Notes: a model not told the origin generated them from the sequence alone. A stretch of 64,000 bases of DNA from Verrucomicrobiota bacterium (GCA_030749225.1 JASMKO010000057.1:4724-68723), one strand, 5' to 3'; counted from the stretch's first letter, positions 15,786 through 26,132 are shown. Numbers and translations: made by a program.

Positions 15786-15823
15786 CGTCGTTTCTGCTTC
15801 GACGGAAATTAGACGCGCTGGGA

Positions 15824-15839
15824 CACGATTGCAATCGTG
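15824..15839. promoter_or_regulatory. Perfect 16-bp palindrome CACGATTGCAATCGTG in a 101-bp divergent intergenic region (candidate operator)
   Basis: I read it directly from the sequence. It lies between the divergent starts at 15785 (-) and 15887 (+). Confidence 0.35.
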
Positions 15840-15886
15840 CAGTTGAAGCATTGAAAACCGCCCCGATTTAGGTACGTTCCCGGCAC

Positions 15887-18800
15887 ATGACCAGTTCGCC
15901 CGAAAACCAGAACCGCTGTAAACCGCGCATTTTTTTACGCGCGGGGCTGTTGCTGCTGGCTCTGCTCTTTGCCACCCCGCCCAGTCAGGCGGTGACACTG
16001 ATCAACTACGAATCGGACTGGAAACTGTGGCGCGGCCGCAAAACCCCCAGCCGACCCGACTATTGGGCCTGGACCAAGGCAGCCCATGACGACTCGGACT
16101 GGGAAACCGCCCCGACCCCAGTATTCTTCGGCGAGAAGGTCACCGGCGGCACCGAACTGGAGGACATGAAGAGCCGCTACAACTCTTTTTTCCTCCGGCG
16201 CAAGTTCCACGCACCCGATCCGGACACAATTACCTCGATGACCCTGCGAGCCAAGGTGGACGACGGATTCGTCGCCTATATCAACGGCACTGAGGTGGCG
16301 CGGCACAATGTCGAAACCGAAAAACCCAAGTACAGCTCGGCTGCCTCCAAGGCAGCATCGGAGCCACTGCGTTTCCGCAACTATGCACTGAAAAACCCGG
16401 TTGACTTTCTTGTCGACGGCGAAAACACGATTGCCGTGATTGTGCTCAACCAGCGGCGCACCAGCCCGGACGCATTGTTCGATGCACGCCTTTCTGCAGT
16501 TTCGGTAGAAAGCGTCCCGCCCAAGGTAGCATCGGTCGATCCGCCACCCGGACTGACTTCGAACCTGAGCCGTGTCCTCATCACCTTTACGGAGCCAGTC
16601 ACCGGCTTGGATGCCGCCGACCTGCTGGCAAACGGCGTGCCAGCGCAGTCGGTCGAGGGCAGCGGCCGGTCGTGGCTGTTTCAACTCGGCAGCCTGCCCC
16701 AAGGCAAGGTGCGCCTCCACTGGGCCAACGGCCACGGCATCACCGACCAAGCGCAGAACCCAAACGCGTTCAACGCCACCGATACGGACAACCGCTGGAG
16801 CTACACCCACGCTGACGACAACCCGCCGTACGTCAAGCGAACCAACCCGCCGGCCGGGCTCACGGTGAAGTCGCTCGACGCAATTGAGGTGGAGTTCAGC
16901 ATGAACGTCAGTGGCGTGGACGCCAACGACCTCCAGATCAACGGTCAGCCGGCCCAGAGCGTGACCGGGATCAGTAAAAGCCGCTACCGGTTTGCGCTTG
17001 GCCAAACCCCCGGCCCCAAAGTGAAAATCTCCTGGAACCCGGACGCAGGCATCACCGGCACGAACCCGTTCAAGAAAGCCTTCCTGCCGCTTGGCTGGTT
17101 TTACCGAGTAGACCCCAACGCGCCACCGCCACCGCGCATCGTGATCTCCGAGATCATGTATCACCCAATCGAGGAACCGGACTTTGACAAGCGCGGCATG
17201 CCGGTGCTCGACCTGTCAGAGGACGTGCATGAGTTCATTGAACTGCACAACTTCAGCCGTGAAACTGTTGCTCTTGACAACTGGCGGATCAGCGGCGGCA
17301 TCGACTACGCCTTCCCGTCGGGAACCAAGATCGAGAGCGGTGACTACCTAGTCGTGGCGAAAAACCCCGAGCGCTTGACCGCCATCAAGGAATACCGCCT
17401 ATCCAGCGTGACGGTGCTGGGACCGTACACAGGCGTGCTTAGCAACAACGGCGAGCGAGTGAGCGTGGAGAACGACGGCGGCAACGCCGAGGACACCGTC
17501 CGCTACTCGGCCCAATTTCCCTGGCCCATGGGCGCAGACTCTATCGGCGCGGGGCCGAAGTGGTCCGGCATCGACCCGATGAAACACCAATATCGCGGCA
17601 TGTCACTGGAGCGGATCAACTTCTCCTTACCGGGCAGTGACCCTGCCAACTGGGTAGCGTCGCCTCTCGAGAAAAACGCCACGCCGGGCCGGTCGAACCA
17701 CATTGCCCGAAAGCGCTCGATGCCGGCACCCATTGTTACCTCCATCCGCGCGGCTGACCCCAACGGGGACACTCTGATCAGCAAACTCGAGGCCGTAACG
17801 ATCGCGGCCAAATTCTCCACAAATGAAACACTCACCGATGTCACGCTGGAATATTTTTACGACAACCTCGAAAAGGAGGGTGAAACCTTGGCCAAGCGGG
17901 AGATGAAACTGGAGCAAGGCAGTTGGACACACACGCTTCCCAAGAAACCAGACCGGACACTGGTGCGCTATCGTATCCTGGCCGACCTGGGCCAAGGTCT
18001 ACAGAAAATTTCGCCCCGCAAGAGCGATCCATACCAGTGGCACTCCTATTTCGTAATGCCGAAATTTAGCAATACACGAAAATACTTCGAGCTACTCATT
18101 CCGCGGAACGGCACCAGCCAACTCTCGAAAAACATGACTGCCAACCCGCGCAGCGGCTACCGCCCTGCGAAGGATGTCGTCCCACGAGGCCCGTGGAACG
18201 ACACCGTGCACGGCATCCTTGTTTATAACGGCGAGGTGCGCGATGTGTATGCCCGCTGGAACGGAAGCTTCTACCGCCGAAACAGCGGGCGCAACTCCTG
18301 GAAGGTACGCCTGCCGCGCTACAACCAGTTCGATGGCCAGAGCGACTTACTGTTCATGGACAAGGACAACGTGACCGTTGCCGGCCACACGCTGTACCGA
18401 GAACTGGGCCTGCCTACCTCGCACACCGAGTGGGTCGATGTCGCCATCAACAAGCGCAAGATGCGGCGCCTAATGGTGGAGGATCACAACGACCGTTTGC
18501 TCGAAAATTACCATGAGGACCAGGCCCGCCGAAACCCCGACACGGAGGTCGAGCCCAACGGCCACATCTTCAAGTCGAGTGGCATCCTGCAGAACCTCGG
18601 CCCGTACGGCCGGGGCGACGGCGGCAAACTGGGAACCAACGACGGCTGGGCGTCGTTGCAACGTTACGAGTGGATTTACTCTTCCAAAAACCAAGACTGG
18701 AAGGGACACACCGAACTGAAGGAAATGATCGATGGCCTAGCCAAGAACAAGAGCAACCGCGCTCGCCTCAAGAAATGGTTTGAGGCCAACTGGGACATCG

Positions 18801-21265
18801 AGTCACTCATGAGCTACATCGCCGTGCGCAACTGGATGGGCACGTGGGATGACACGGTCCACAATTTCTACATCTGGCGCCGGGCCGATGGGCGATGGGC
18901 ATTGTTACCGTGGGACTTCGACAACGACATGCGCAACGACTACATCAGCCGGTCCATCTTTATCGGCGAGGCCGGCAACCCCAACACCACCCACGGCACG
19001 CACACCATCAAAGATGCGTTCTTCAAAGCATTCCGGACAGAGTACAAAGAACACCTTTACTACCTGAACAACACGCTGCTCACACCGGAGAGCATCGGCC
19101 GCATGGGCCTGACCAGCTACACCGCATTCGCCCGTGGACGCCAGTCCAACGTCAACAAACAATGCGGCAATGTTAAAATCCCCAGCCAGCCCACCGCCGA
19201 ACAATTGACCGGCGGCGGCTCCGTCTACGCCCCAGCGTCGATGGTGGTATCAGCATTCTATAGTACGGACGCAGCAGCCACCCATGCCGAGACAATTTGG
19301 GAAATCCGCGCCGCCGACGCCTCATTCACCTATCCTGTTTTTAAGGCCAGAACTTCCGAAAAGCTGACTGAGATGCCGGTGCCATTTGATCTGCTTGAAT
19401 TCGGACGCACCTACTTTTGGAGAGCAACATACATTGACTCAAACGGACGCAAATCGCTGCCCAACAGCGAGGCCGGCTTCCGCTATGGCGGCCACGCGCG
19501 GTCGGAGGATCTCATTTCCCTCACCGACACGGAATGGAAATACAATGCCGACGGCAAAAACCTTGGCACGACCTGGCGCAAGGCCGAGTACGACGACTCC
19601 GCTTGGCCAAGTGGCAAGTCGTATCTAGGCCGCGCCACCTCCCGGCAAAAATACAAGATGACCACCACCCTCAAAATGGGGCCGAAGACGTTTTATTTCC
19701 GCAAAAAGTTCAACTTCGAGCCGCCGGCCGGCGGTGGTGAGTTGCAAATCAGATACCTTATCGATGATGGCGCGGTCTTTTACCTCAACGGCAAGCATAT
19801 TCACCGCGTGAACATGAAAGAGCGCGGCAGTATCAGCTACACCACGCGAGCCTTGAGTTCCGTAACCGACGCCGAGTTGAGCGGCAGCATCACACTCCCT
19901 GGAAAAACACTTAAGCAGGGGGAAAACCTCCTTGCAGTCGAGGTACACCAATACTCGACTAACGACAGGGATCTCGCATTCGGCATGAGCTTGAGCGCCA
20001 CCGTCGAGAGCCTACCCGACGGCGTCATCCTCAACGAGTTGATGGCCGCTAACCGCGGCTCGGTGACGAACGCCGACGCGAACCCCGACTGGATCGAGTT
20101 GCACAACCCAACCGACCGCGACATCGACCTTGGAGGTGCCGGCCTCGGCGACGGAGTCGCCCTTGAACCGACCTTCTTTTTCCCGGCGCAAACCATCCTG
20201 CCGACCAAGGGCCACCTCGTCGTCTGGTGCGACAACCAACAGGAAGCTCCCGGGCTACATACCGGGTTTGCGCTCGATGCCGATGGCCAGAATATCGCGC
20301 TGTGGTGGCCAAGCGATGAGGGGTTGAAAATCCAAGACGCCATCGGCTTCGGTCCTCAAGCCGGCGACTTCTCCATCGGGCGCGAGCCGGATGGCCTTGG
20401 CCCGTGGACACTCACCACCCCCACCCCAGGCTTGACCAATACCAAGTCGGACCTCGGCAGCAACCAGTCGCTCTCGATAAACGAATGGATGGCCCGGCCG
20501 GAGAATGGCAGCGACTGGCTCGAACTGTTCAACAAATCCACACTACCGGTCGCGATCGGCGGGCTGAAGCTGAGCGACGACTCGGCCCAGCCCGACAAGA
20601 CCGTCCTGCCGCCGCTCTCGTTCATCGGCCCAGGCGGATTCCTACGCTTGGCCGCGGACAACGCCCCCGCCGACGGGCCAACCCACCTCGGCTTCCGCCT
20701 GAGCGGTAGAGGCGAGGAAATCATCCTAATCGACACCAAGGACAAGGAGATCGACTCGGTGCTGTTTGGTGAGCAAACTAGGGGTGCCTCCTCAGGCCGT
20801 TACCCCGACGGAGCCAAGTCGATTGTTTTTTTCCCGAACAGCGCCACGCCGGGACGGGCCAACCTGATCCTCGGCGACGCGGACGAGGATGGCCTGCCGA
20901 ACCTTTGGGAGGACCAGTTCGGCCTCAACCCCAACGAATCGGCCGATGCCGCGCTCGATTCGGACCACGACGGTCACACCAACCTCGAGGAATACCTCGC
21001 CGGCACCCGGCCAGACGACGACTCCAGCGTTCTGGCACTGAGCCTTGCTCTGCACGAGCAAAACATAACCATCTCGTTCGAGGCGCAGACCGGACGGGCG
21101 TATGTGCTGTGGAGCACCGCTGATATCGCTGGAGGCAAGTGGATACAAGTGAAGACCTTCCCGTCCGAGGACGGCAAGCGCACGGTTACCTTCGGGATTC
21201 CCGCCGTACAACTGCCGCTACCCAACGGCTATTACCGACTCACGATCCCCGCGGCAAACGACTGA
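15887..21265 (+). CDS. Giant secreted CotH-kinase-like protein with three lamin-tail (LTD) domains, Ig-like repeats and a C-terminal TSP3/calcium-type Asp-rich segment
   Basis: The signal peptide ends ...LLLLALLFATPPSQA. LTD-like segments are IVISEIMYHP...HEFIELHN, VILNELMAAN...DWIELHNPTD and LSINEWMARPENGSDWLELFN. The CotH-like core is WKVRLPRYNQFDGQSDLLFMDKDN...HTLYRELGLPTSHTEWVDVAINKRKM. The Asp-rich end is DADEDGLPNLWEDQFGLNPNESADAALDSDHDGHTNLEEY. Confidence 0.88.
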   Translation: MTSSPENQNRCKPRIFLRAGLLLLALLFATPPSQAVTLINYESDWKLWRGRKTPSRPDYWAWTKAAHDDSDWETAPTPVFFGEKVTGGTELEDMKSRYNSFFLRRKFHAPDPDTITSMTLRAKVDDGFVAYINGTEVARHNVETEKPKYSSAASKAASEPLRFRNYALKNPVDFLVDGENTIAVIVLNQRRTSPDALFDARLSAVSVESVPPKVASVDPPPGLTSNLSRVLITFTEPVTGLDAADLLANGVPAQSVEGSGRSWLFQLGSLPQGKVRLHWANGHGITDQAQNPNAFNATDTDNRWSYTHADDNPPYVKRTNPPAGLTVKSLDAIEVEFSMNVSGVDANDLQINGQPAQSVTGISKSRYRFALGQTPGPKVKISWNPDAGITGTNPFKKAFLPLGWFYRVDPNAPPPPRIVISEIMYHPIEEPDFDKRGMPVLDLSEDVHEFIELHNFSRETVALDNWRISGGIDYAFPSGTKIESGDYLVVAKNPERLTAIKEYRLSSVTVLGPYTGVLSNNGERVSVENDGGNAEDTVRYSAQFPWPMGADSIGAGPKWSGIDPMKHQYRGMSLERINFSLPGSDPANWVASPLEKNATPGRSNHIARKRSMPAPIVTSIRAADPNGDTLISKLEAVTIAAKFSTNETLTDVTLEYFYDNLEKEGETLAKREMKLEQGSWTHTLPKKPDRTLVRYRILADLGQGLQKISPRKSDPYQWHSYFVMPKFSNTRKYFELLIPRNGTSQLSKNMTANPRSGYRPAKDVVPRGPWNDTVHGILVYNGEVRDVYARWNGSFYRRNSGRNSWKVRLPRYNQFDGQSDLLFMDKDNVTVAGHTLYRELGLPTSHTEWVDVAINKRKMRRLMVEDHNDRLLENYHEDQARRNPDTEVEPNGHIFKSSGILQNLGPYGRGDGGKLGTNDGWASLQRYEWIYSSKNQDWKGHTELKEMIDGLAKNKSNRARLKKWFEANWDIESLMSYIAVRNWMGTWDDTVHNFYIWRRADGRWALLPWDFDNDMRNDYISRSIFIGEAGNPNTTHGTHTIKDAFFKAFRTEYKEHLYYLNNTLLTPESIGRMGLTSYTAFARGRQSNVNKQCGNVKIPSQPTAEQLTGGGSVYAPASMVVSAFYSTDAAATHAETIWEIRAADASFTYPVFKARTSEKLTEMPVPFDLLEFGRTYFWRATYIDSNGRKSLPNSEAGFRYGGHARSEDLISLTDTEWKYNADGKNLGTTWRKAEYDDSAWPSGKSYLGRATSRQKYKMTTTLKMGPKTFYFRKKFNFEPPAGGGELQIRYLIDDGAVFYLNGKHIHRVNMKERGSISYTTRALSSVTDAELSGSITLPGKTLKQGENLLAVEVHQYSTNDRDLAFGMSLSATVESLPDGVILNELMAANRGSVTNADANPDWIELHNPTDRDIDLGGAGLGDGVALEPTFFFPAQTILPTKGHLVVWCDNQQEAPGLHTGFALDADGQNIALWWPSDEGLKIQDAIGFGPQAGDFSIGREPDGLGPWTLTTPTPGLTNTKSDLGSNQSLSINEWMARPENGSDWLELFNKSTLPVAIGGLKLSDDSAQPDKTVLPPLSFIGPGGFLRLAADNAPADGPTHLGFRLSGRGEEIILIDTKDKEIDSVLFGEQTRGASSGRYPDGAKSIVFFPNSATPGRANLILGDADEDGLPNLWEDQFGLNPNESADAALDSDHDGHTNLEEYLAGTRPDDDSSVLALSLALHEQNITISFEAQTGRAYVLWSTADIAGGKWIQVKTFPSEDGKRTVTFGIPAVQLPLPNGYYRLTIPAAND

Positions 21266-21271
21266 CGGTTG

Positions 21272-23263
21272 ATGAGCAACTTGTTGTCCACCCTAGACTC
21301 GGCTGGGCTGGAATTGATCCTTCCGGCGGGGCTTCTGCTGATCGCCGTCGTGCCCTTCCTTGCCCAAGCGACCCGCCTTCAGGCCACCGGCCTAGTGGCG
21401 TTTCCCCTCGCTCTGACCGCCGCTTTGGGGCTTTTCAAGTACACCTTGGACACCCGCAACGATGCAGCCCGCGACGCGCTGCTGAAGGCGGCCCCAGCAC
21501 AGACAAAGCTCGAGCCAGTCACCGCTCCGAACAACACATACACCTCGTCGCAAACATGCCGCGCCTGCCATCCCTCAGAATACCGCAGTTGGCACCACAG
21601 CTACCATCGTACGATGACCCAGTTGGCCAAGCCGGGGGCAATCCTATCCAAGTGGCACGGCACCAAACTGCCGCTTGGTCAAGCGCAACTGCTGCTTGAG
21701 AAAAAGCAGGGAGAGTACTGGGCTACCACAGTCGACGCGGACGGCAATGAGCAGAACCGGCAACGTGTGACCATGACCACAGGTTCACATCACCTGCAGG
21801 TTTATTGGACCGGCAACCAAACCGGCAACATGCAACACCCCTTCCCCTACGGCTGGCTAATAGCGGATCAGAAATGGGCACCGGTGCAAGACACGTTTCT
21901 GCACGACCCGAACCTCCCAATCGGAGGTGCGAAATGGAATGATAGCTGCATCAAATGCCACGCGGTTGCAGGCCGACCTGGGCCGGACAATCGCAACAGA
22001 ACTTTCCACTCCGAGACTGCGGAACTAGGCATCTCCTGCGAAGCATGTCACGGTCCAGCCGGTGCACACATAGCGCATTACCAGAATCCCGCCAAACGAT
22101 ACCTGGCGCACCTGGGCGACGGCACGACCCATGGCATCCTGAACCCCGGCGGCGGTTTAGACCACCGGTTGTCAGCGCAAGTCTGCGGCCAGTGTCACGC
22201 CTACCAGTATACCCCCAACAAGATGGACTGGCTCAGGAATGGTCCGCAATTCCTGCCGGGCAACCCGCTGAAAGCAAACACGACAGTTGTGCACGCCAGC
22301 TCCTTTGCCGGCACACAGCCAGCTCAGGGAGAGGAGACCAAAGCGTTTCTCTCCCGACACGGCCATCCCCACCCCGGCGACGACTGGTTGAACGACCGGT
22401 TCTGGCCGGATGGTATGGTGCGTGTCGCCGGCCGCGAGTATAATGGCCTGCTCGACACGCCCTGCTTTCAGCGAGGCAAAATGTCCTGCCTCTCCTGCCA
22501 CTCGATGCACGGTTACCATGACAACAACGACCAACTCGCCCCGCGCATGGCGACCAACGAGGCCTGCTTCCAGTGCCATGGTGATCTGCGCAGAAATCTG
22601 ACCGAACACACCAACCACTCCGCCGAATCGGAGGGTAGTCGTTGCTACAACTGCCACATGCCCCATACCACTTACGGCCTGCTTGGCGCCATCCGCAGTC
22701 ACCAGATCGATTCCCCCAAAGTTGCAACGCAATTGGATACAGGGCGCCCCAATGCCTGCAACCTCTGCCACCTCGACCGGACACTTGGGTGGACCCGGCG
22801 CCATCTGGCCGAATGGTACGGCCATCCAGAGCCGCAACTCGACAACGACGACAAGTCGACCTCGTCGATGCTCAGGATGCTGCTCCAAGGCGACGCCGGC
22901 CAACGTGCGATTGCTGCATGGCACATGGGTTGGGAACCGGCGCGCGGTGCCTCCGGCGACGACTGGCAGACGCCATGGTTAATTCGCACGATGGACGACC
23001 GCTACGCGGCGGTTCGCCATATTGCCCACAAGGCACTTACGGTCCATCCCTCCTTAGCCGACATGCCGTTCGACTATACCGCCTCATTGGCCAAGCGCGC
23101 GGGACAAATCGACGCAATCCGGCGCCGCTGGACAGCCGCTGAACTGCTTGTTAAAGCGCCGGCAGCCGAACTTCTGCTCGACGCCCGGGGCCACCCGCTG
23201 GAAGATGCTGCCAGCCGATTGACCGCCCAACGCAACAACCGCCCGATGATCCTCCAAGAATGA
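21272..23263 (+). CDS. Membrane-anchored multiheme c-type cytochrome (8 CxxCH motifs) with a helical-repeat C-terminal region
   Basis: The CxxCH motifs are CRACH, CIKCH, CEACH, CGQCH, CLSCH, CFQCH, CYNCH and CNLCH. There are two N-terminal hydrophobic helices. It starts 6 nt after the CotH stop. Confidence 0.85.
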   Translation: MSNLLSTLDSAGLELILPAGLLLIAVVPFLAQATRLQATGLVAFPLALTAALGLFKYTLDTRNDAARDALLKAAPAQTKLEPVTAPNNTYTSSQTCRACHPSEYRSWHHSYHRTMTQLAKPGAILSKWHGTKLPLGQAQLLLEKKQGEYWATTVDADGNEQNRQRVTMTTGSHHLQVYWTGNQTGNMQHPFPYGWLIADQKWAPVQDTFLHDPNLPIGGAKWNDSCIKCHAVAGRPGPDNRNRTFHSETAELGISCEACHGPAGAHIAHYQNPAKRYLAHLGDGTTHGILNPGGGLDHRLSAQVCGQCHAYQYTPNKMDWLRNGPQFLPGNPLKANTTVVHASSFAGTQPAQGEETKAFLSRHGHPHPGDDWLNDRFWPDGMVRVAGREYNGLLDTPCFQRGKMSCLSCHSMHGYHDNNDQLAPRMATNEACFQCHGDLRRNLTEHTNHSAESEGSRCYNCHMPHTTYGLLGAIRSHQIDSPKVATQLDTGRPNACNLCHLDRTLGWTRRHLAEWYGHPEPQLDNDDKSTSSMLRMLLQGDAGQRAIAAWHMGWEPARGASGDDWQTPWLIRTMDDRYAAVRHIAHKALTVHPSLADMPFDYTASLAKRAGQIDAIRRRWTAAELLVKAPAAELLLDARGHPLEDAASRLTAQRNNRPMILQE

Positions 23264-23778
23264 GCCAGCACAAACCCTCACGACGCGAACGCAGCGAACA
23301 AACCGCGCAACAGGCCCGAAACGCCCCAGCCCAACCGACATCCCGCGACATCTCGGCGCAGTCCACGTTGGAGGAGCGACGGCACTACCGGCTTGGCTGG
23401 TGGTCGCTGTTCCTGTTCGTCTGCCTCGGCATCCTGCTCGAGGGGTTGCTGGCGTTCCGGGTCGGCTGGTATCTGGATGTCGGTGACAACGAGACGCACC
23501 GACTGATGCTCCGGCTAGGCCACGCGCATGGAACGTTGTTATCGGTGCTCAATATCGCGTTTGCCGCCTCGTTACCCCGACTGGGTATGCCGGCCGGCGC
23601 CCGCGTGCTGGCTTCCCGATGCCTTGCCGCTGCAACCCTGCTAGTTCCTGGCGGCTTCATCCTCGGTGGCCTGATCACCCACGGAGCGGATCCAGGGCTG
23701 GGCATCATCCTCCTACCGGCCGGCGCCGTCCTGCTGTTGGTTGGCATCTTTGCGGTTGCCCGCCACACAGGGAAATAA
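23260..23778 (+). CDS. Hypothetical 4-TM membrane protein, translationally coupled to the cytochrome gene
   Basis: The ATG overlaps the upstream TGA as ATGA. A basic N-terminus is followed by four hydrophobic segments. Confidence 0.55.
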   Translation: MSQHKPSRRERSEQTAQQARNAPAQPTSRDISAQSTLEERRHYRLGWWSLFLFVCLGILLEGLLAFRVGWYLDVGDNETHRLMLRLGHAHGTLLSVLNIAFAASLPRLGMPAGARVLASRCLAAATLLVPGGFILGGLITHGADPGLGIILLPAGAVLLLVGIFAVARHTGK

Positions 23779-23783
23779 CTGTC

Positions 23784-25196
23784 TCAGCCCGGGAGGTGCT
23801 TCAACACAAGAAGAACGTAAAGCGTGGCCAATGCGATGTGGAGTAACGCGAATGGCAACGCTTTTTTCACGAAGCCCATGAAGGAAATCTTCAGGTCGTG
23901 CTTGTGCATGATGGTCACCGCCACGAGCGTCGATGCGGAGCCGATCGGCGTCAGGTTGCCGCCAAGGTTCGCGCCGAAAATCACCGACCACCACATGCCG
24001 GGATCGACTGCGGGATCCATCGACTTGAGGATGTTGGAGAGCACCGCCGCAAGCGGGATGTTGTCGGTCACGCTGCTGGCCACCGCAGAGGAGACGAGCA
24101 ACAGGCCACCACCCAACCTGGGACCCATGCTGATGATCGGCTCGATGCCCTTGCCGATCAGATCCAAAACCATCGCCTGCTCCATCGCATAGATGGCGAC
24201 AAACAGGTAGACGAAAAAAAACAACAAATCCCAGTCGATGCCACTATAAAACTTACCGACGCTCGACTTGAATTTGCAAAGCATGATCACGGCAAACATC
24301 ATCGCCACAAAGCCCATCCCCAGATCGCCGATCGGCCAGCCGTCAAACGATGCGGTGGCAATAAAACAAATGAACAGCACCAGCATCGCCGCGCCGAACC
24401 AAAAGAATCCCATGCTCTCGATGCCGTCCCTCTCGTCGAAACTCGAAACTTGGCCAAGCGCAACAGCGCGCTCCTCGTCAGTCTTTAGCGACTCGATCCC
24501 AAACACCTTGGCGCCCATCACTATGGTGGCGGTGGTAGCCACGACAACATACGGCGCAGCCTTGAGGAAGAAGGTCACAAACCCGATCCCCGCCGTGGTG
24601 CCGACGATGATATTCGGCACCGACGAGATCAACGTGAGCAGACCGCCAATGTTCGTCAACAATCCCTCTACGAGCAGGAAGCCCAGTAGCTTATCCCGTT
24701 GACCAAGCTTGCCGAGCGAGACGGCGCTCAGCGACCCGACGATGATCATAGCCGTGACATTGTTGAGCACGGCGCTGAACACCACGGTCATCACCCCGTA
24801 AAACCAGAGCAACCGCCGCGGATCACCCTTCGACGCCTTGGTCAGCTTAATGGCGATGAAGGTGAACAGCCCCGACTTGCTAGTGACATCCACAAACAGG
24901 CTCGAGCCGAGAATGATCGTGATCACCCCCCACTCGATCCCAGGGATGAACACCGGCAGTTTCATCTCGTGCCCGTTGGGGAGATGCACCGCACCAAATG
25001 GCAGGATGTGGGTGAACGCACCCAGCAACAGCGCCACCACCGCCGTCACCCCGACGATCACCGATTTCTTCGCGTGAATCTTCTCCTCCAGCGCAAGGCA
25101 CAACACCATGGCCACCAGCAACCCGGTGAACAGATAGGTAACCTCGGCGGCGACATGACCAGTAGCGGCAATCATCATGAATTCCATTCCTGCCAC
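23784..25196 (-). CDS. ArsB/NhaD-superfamily ion transporter (Na+/H+ antiporter NhaD-like / anion permease)
   Basis: 470 aa with about 11-12 TM segments. The sequence pattern (…TAMIIVGSLSAVSL…, …DNIPLAAVLSNIL…, …GANLGGNLTPIGSASTLVAV…) is typical of this superfamily. Confidence 0.75.
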   Translation of the reverse strand: MAGMEFMMIAATGHVAAEVTYLFTGLLVAMVLCLALEEKIHAKKSVIVGVTAVVALLLGAFTHILPFGAVHLPNGHEMKLPVFIPGIEWGVITIILGSSLFVDVTSKSGLFTFIAIKLTKASKGDPRRLLWFYGVMTVVFSAVLNNVTAMIIVGSLSAVSLGKLGQRDKLLGFLLVEGLLTNIGGLLTLISSVPNIIVGTTAGIGFVTFFLKAAPYVVVATTATIVMGAKVFGIESLKTDEERAVALGQVSSFDERDGIESMGFFWFGAAMLVLFICFIATASFDGWPIGDLGMGFVAMMFAVIMLCKFKSSVGKFYSGIDWDLLFFFVYLFVAIYAMEQAMVLDLIGKGIEPIISMGPRLGGGLLLVSSAVASSVTDNIPLAAVLSNILKSMDPAVDPGMWWSVIFGANLGGNLTPIGSASTLVAVTIMHKHDLKISFMGFVKKALPFALLHIALATLYVLLVLKHLPG

Positions 25197-25200
25197 CTCA

Positions 25201-26061
25201 CTACAGCATCAGCAGTGGCGTCGATCGCAACTCGACCGCGAGCGGATACGCGATCCCATGCATTGCCAACTGTTCGTCGTCCTTCGTATACATGACCAGC
25301 AGGTCTATTTCATTCTCCTCAACCAACTCGCGATAATCGGCAAGCAGATGCCCGAGCTTCACACGGCTCTCCACCTTGATTTGAGAATCTTCTCCGGCCA
25401 GGCCAGCGCGGCACGACTCGATATACTCCATCGGATCCTCCAGCAGTCGCGCCCGGATCTCCTCTCGAGCAATTTCGGTGTCGAGGTCCGGGATTTTGCC
25501 TATCGCTGCGATGTAACGCTCAAACACTGTGTCGTCCTCGACATGCGCAAGGAAAAGTGTCCCGTTGTCCTGTGTGAAGTTCGCCGCGTGGCTGACCAGG
25601 CGGTGGTCCCCGGCCAGGTGATCCGTCACCGCCATGACCCGGTCGGTGTTCTGGAGCGCGTGCTCCGGCACGTCAGCCCGACAGGGGTGCGGCAGAACCA
25701 ACACTGGCGTCGAGGTCGCCTGCGTCAGCACATCCACATGACGACCAAGGCTGTGCGGCCACTCCCCGGCGGTGCCGTGAAGGTCACGGTAGGTCACGAC
25801 CAGATCCGGCTTGGTCTGCTCCACTGCGCTCAACACCTCCCGGATACCGAACGGCGTGTCGCTTCCAAACAACTCCCACTCCGGCCCGCCCCCGGCCTCC
25901 AACGCCGAGAGAAAACCCTTTGCCAGATAGAGAAAATCATCCTGCGCCTCCTCCTTGAGGTCATGCACTATTAACACCCGGCCAATCTCAACCGGCTGCC
26001 GCGTGAACACCTCCCGGGATGCGGCGTTAAAGACGCTCTCGAATCGATCCAGTGTGGACAT
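25201..26061 (-). CDS. Tandem universal stress protein (UspA-family) domain protein
   Basis: 286 aa with two Usp-like halves (…VLIVHDL… ; …DRVMAVTDHLAGD…DLLVMYTKD…). It lies immediately upstream of the transporter. Confidence 0.7.
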   Translation of the reverse strand: MSTLDRFESVFNAASREVFTRQPVEIGRVLIVHDLKEEAQDDFLYLAKGFLSALEAGGGPEWELFGSDTPFGIREVLSAVEQTKPDLVVTYRDLHGTAGEWPHSLGRHVDVLTQATSTPVLVLPHPCRADVPEHALQNTDRVMAVTDHLAGDHRLVSHAANFTQDNGTLFLAHVEDDTVFERYIAAIGKIPDLDTEIAREEIRARLLEDPMEYIESCRAGLAGEDSQIKVESRVKLGHLLADYRELVEENEIDLLVMYTKDDEQLAMHGIAYPLAVELRSTPLLML

Positions 26062-26132
26062 GCCGCCGACAGAATAGAAGAGATGATAAAACCCTCAAGC
26101 CGGAATACTGCCCCTTCTGCCTGGCTAAGCAC

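Noticed and set aside
13596-15812. 738-aa ORF on the plus strand (and nested ORFs 13223-13995, 13835-14269, etc.)
   Set aside because: It is entirely antisense to the well-supported DUF1549/DUF1553 gene. The product is Arg/Ala/Gly/Pro/Val-rich with no recognisable motifs. This is the typical shadow ORF of GC-rich DNA.
15935-17164. 409-aa minus-strand ORF. Similar long antisense ORFs occur at 25177-25974, 29733-30653, 42184-43122, 46910-47803, 51131-52225 and 54473-55726
   Set aside because: Each lies opposite a gene with clear family signatures (CotH/LTD, Usp, the ThuA megaprotein, DUF4175, DUF58, TPR-peptidase, Cca). None has motifs of its own, and the composition is Arg/Gly/Ala/Pro-biased.
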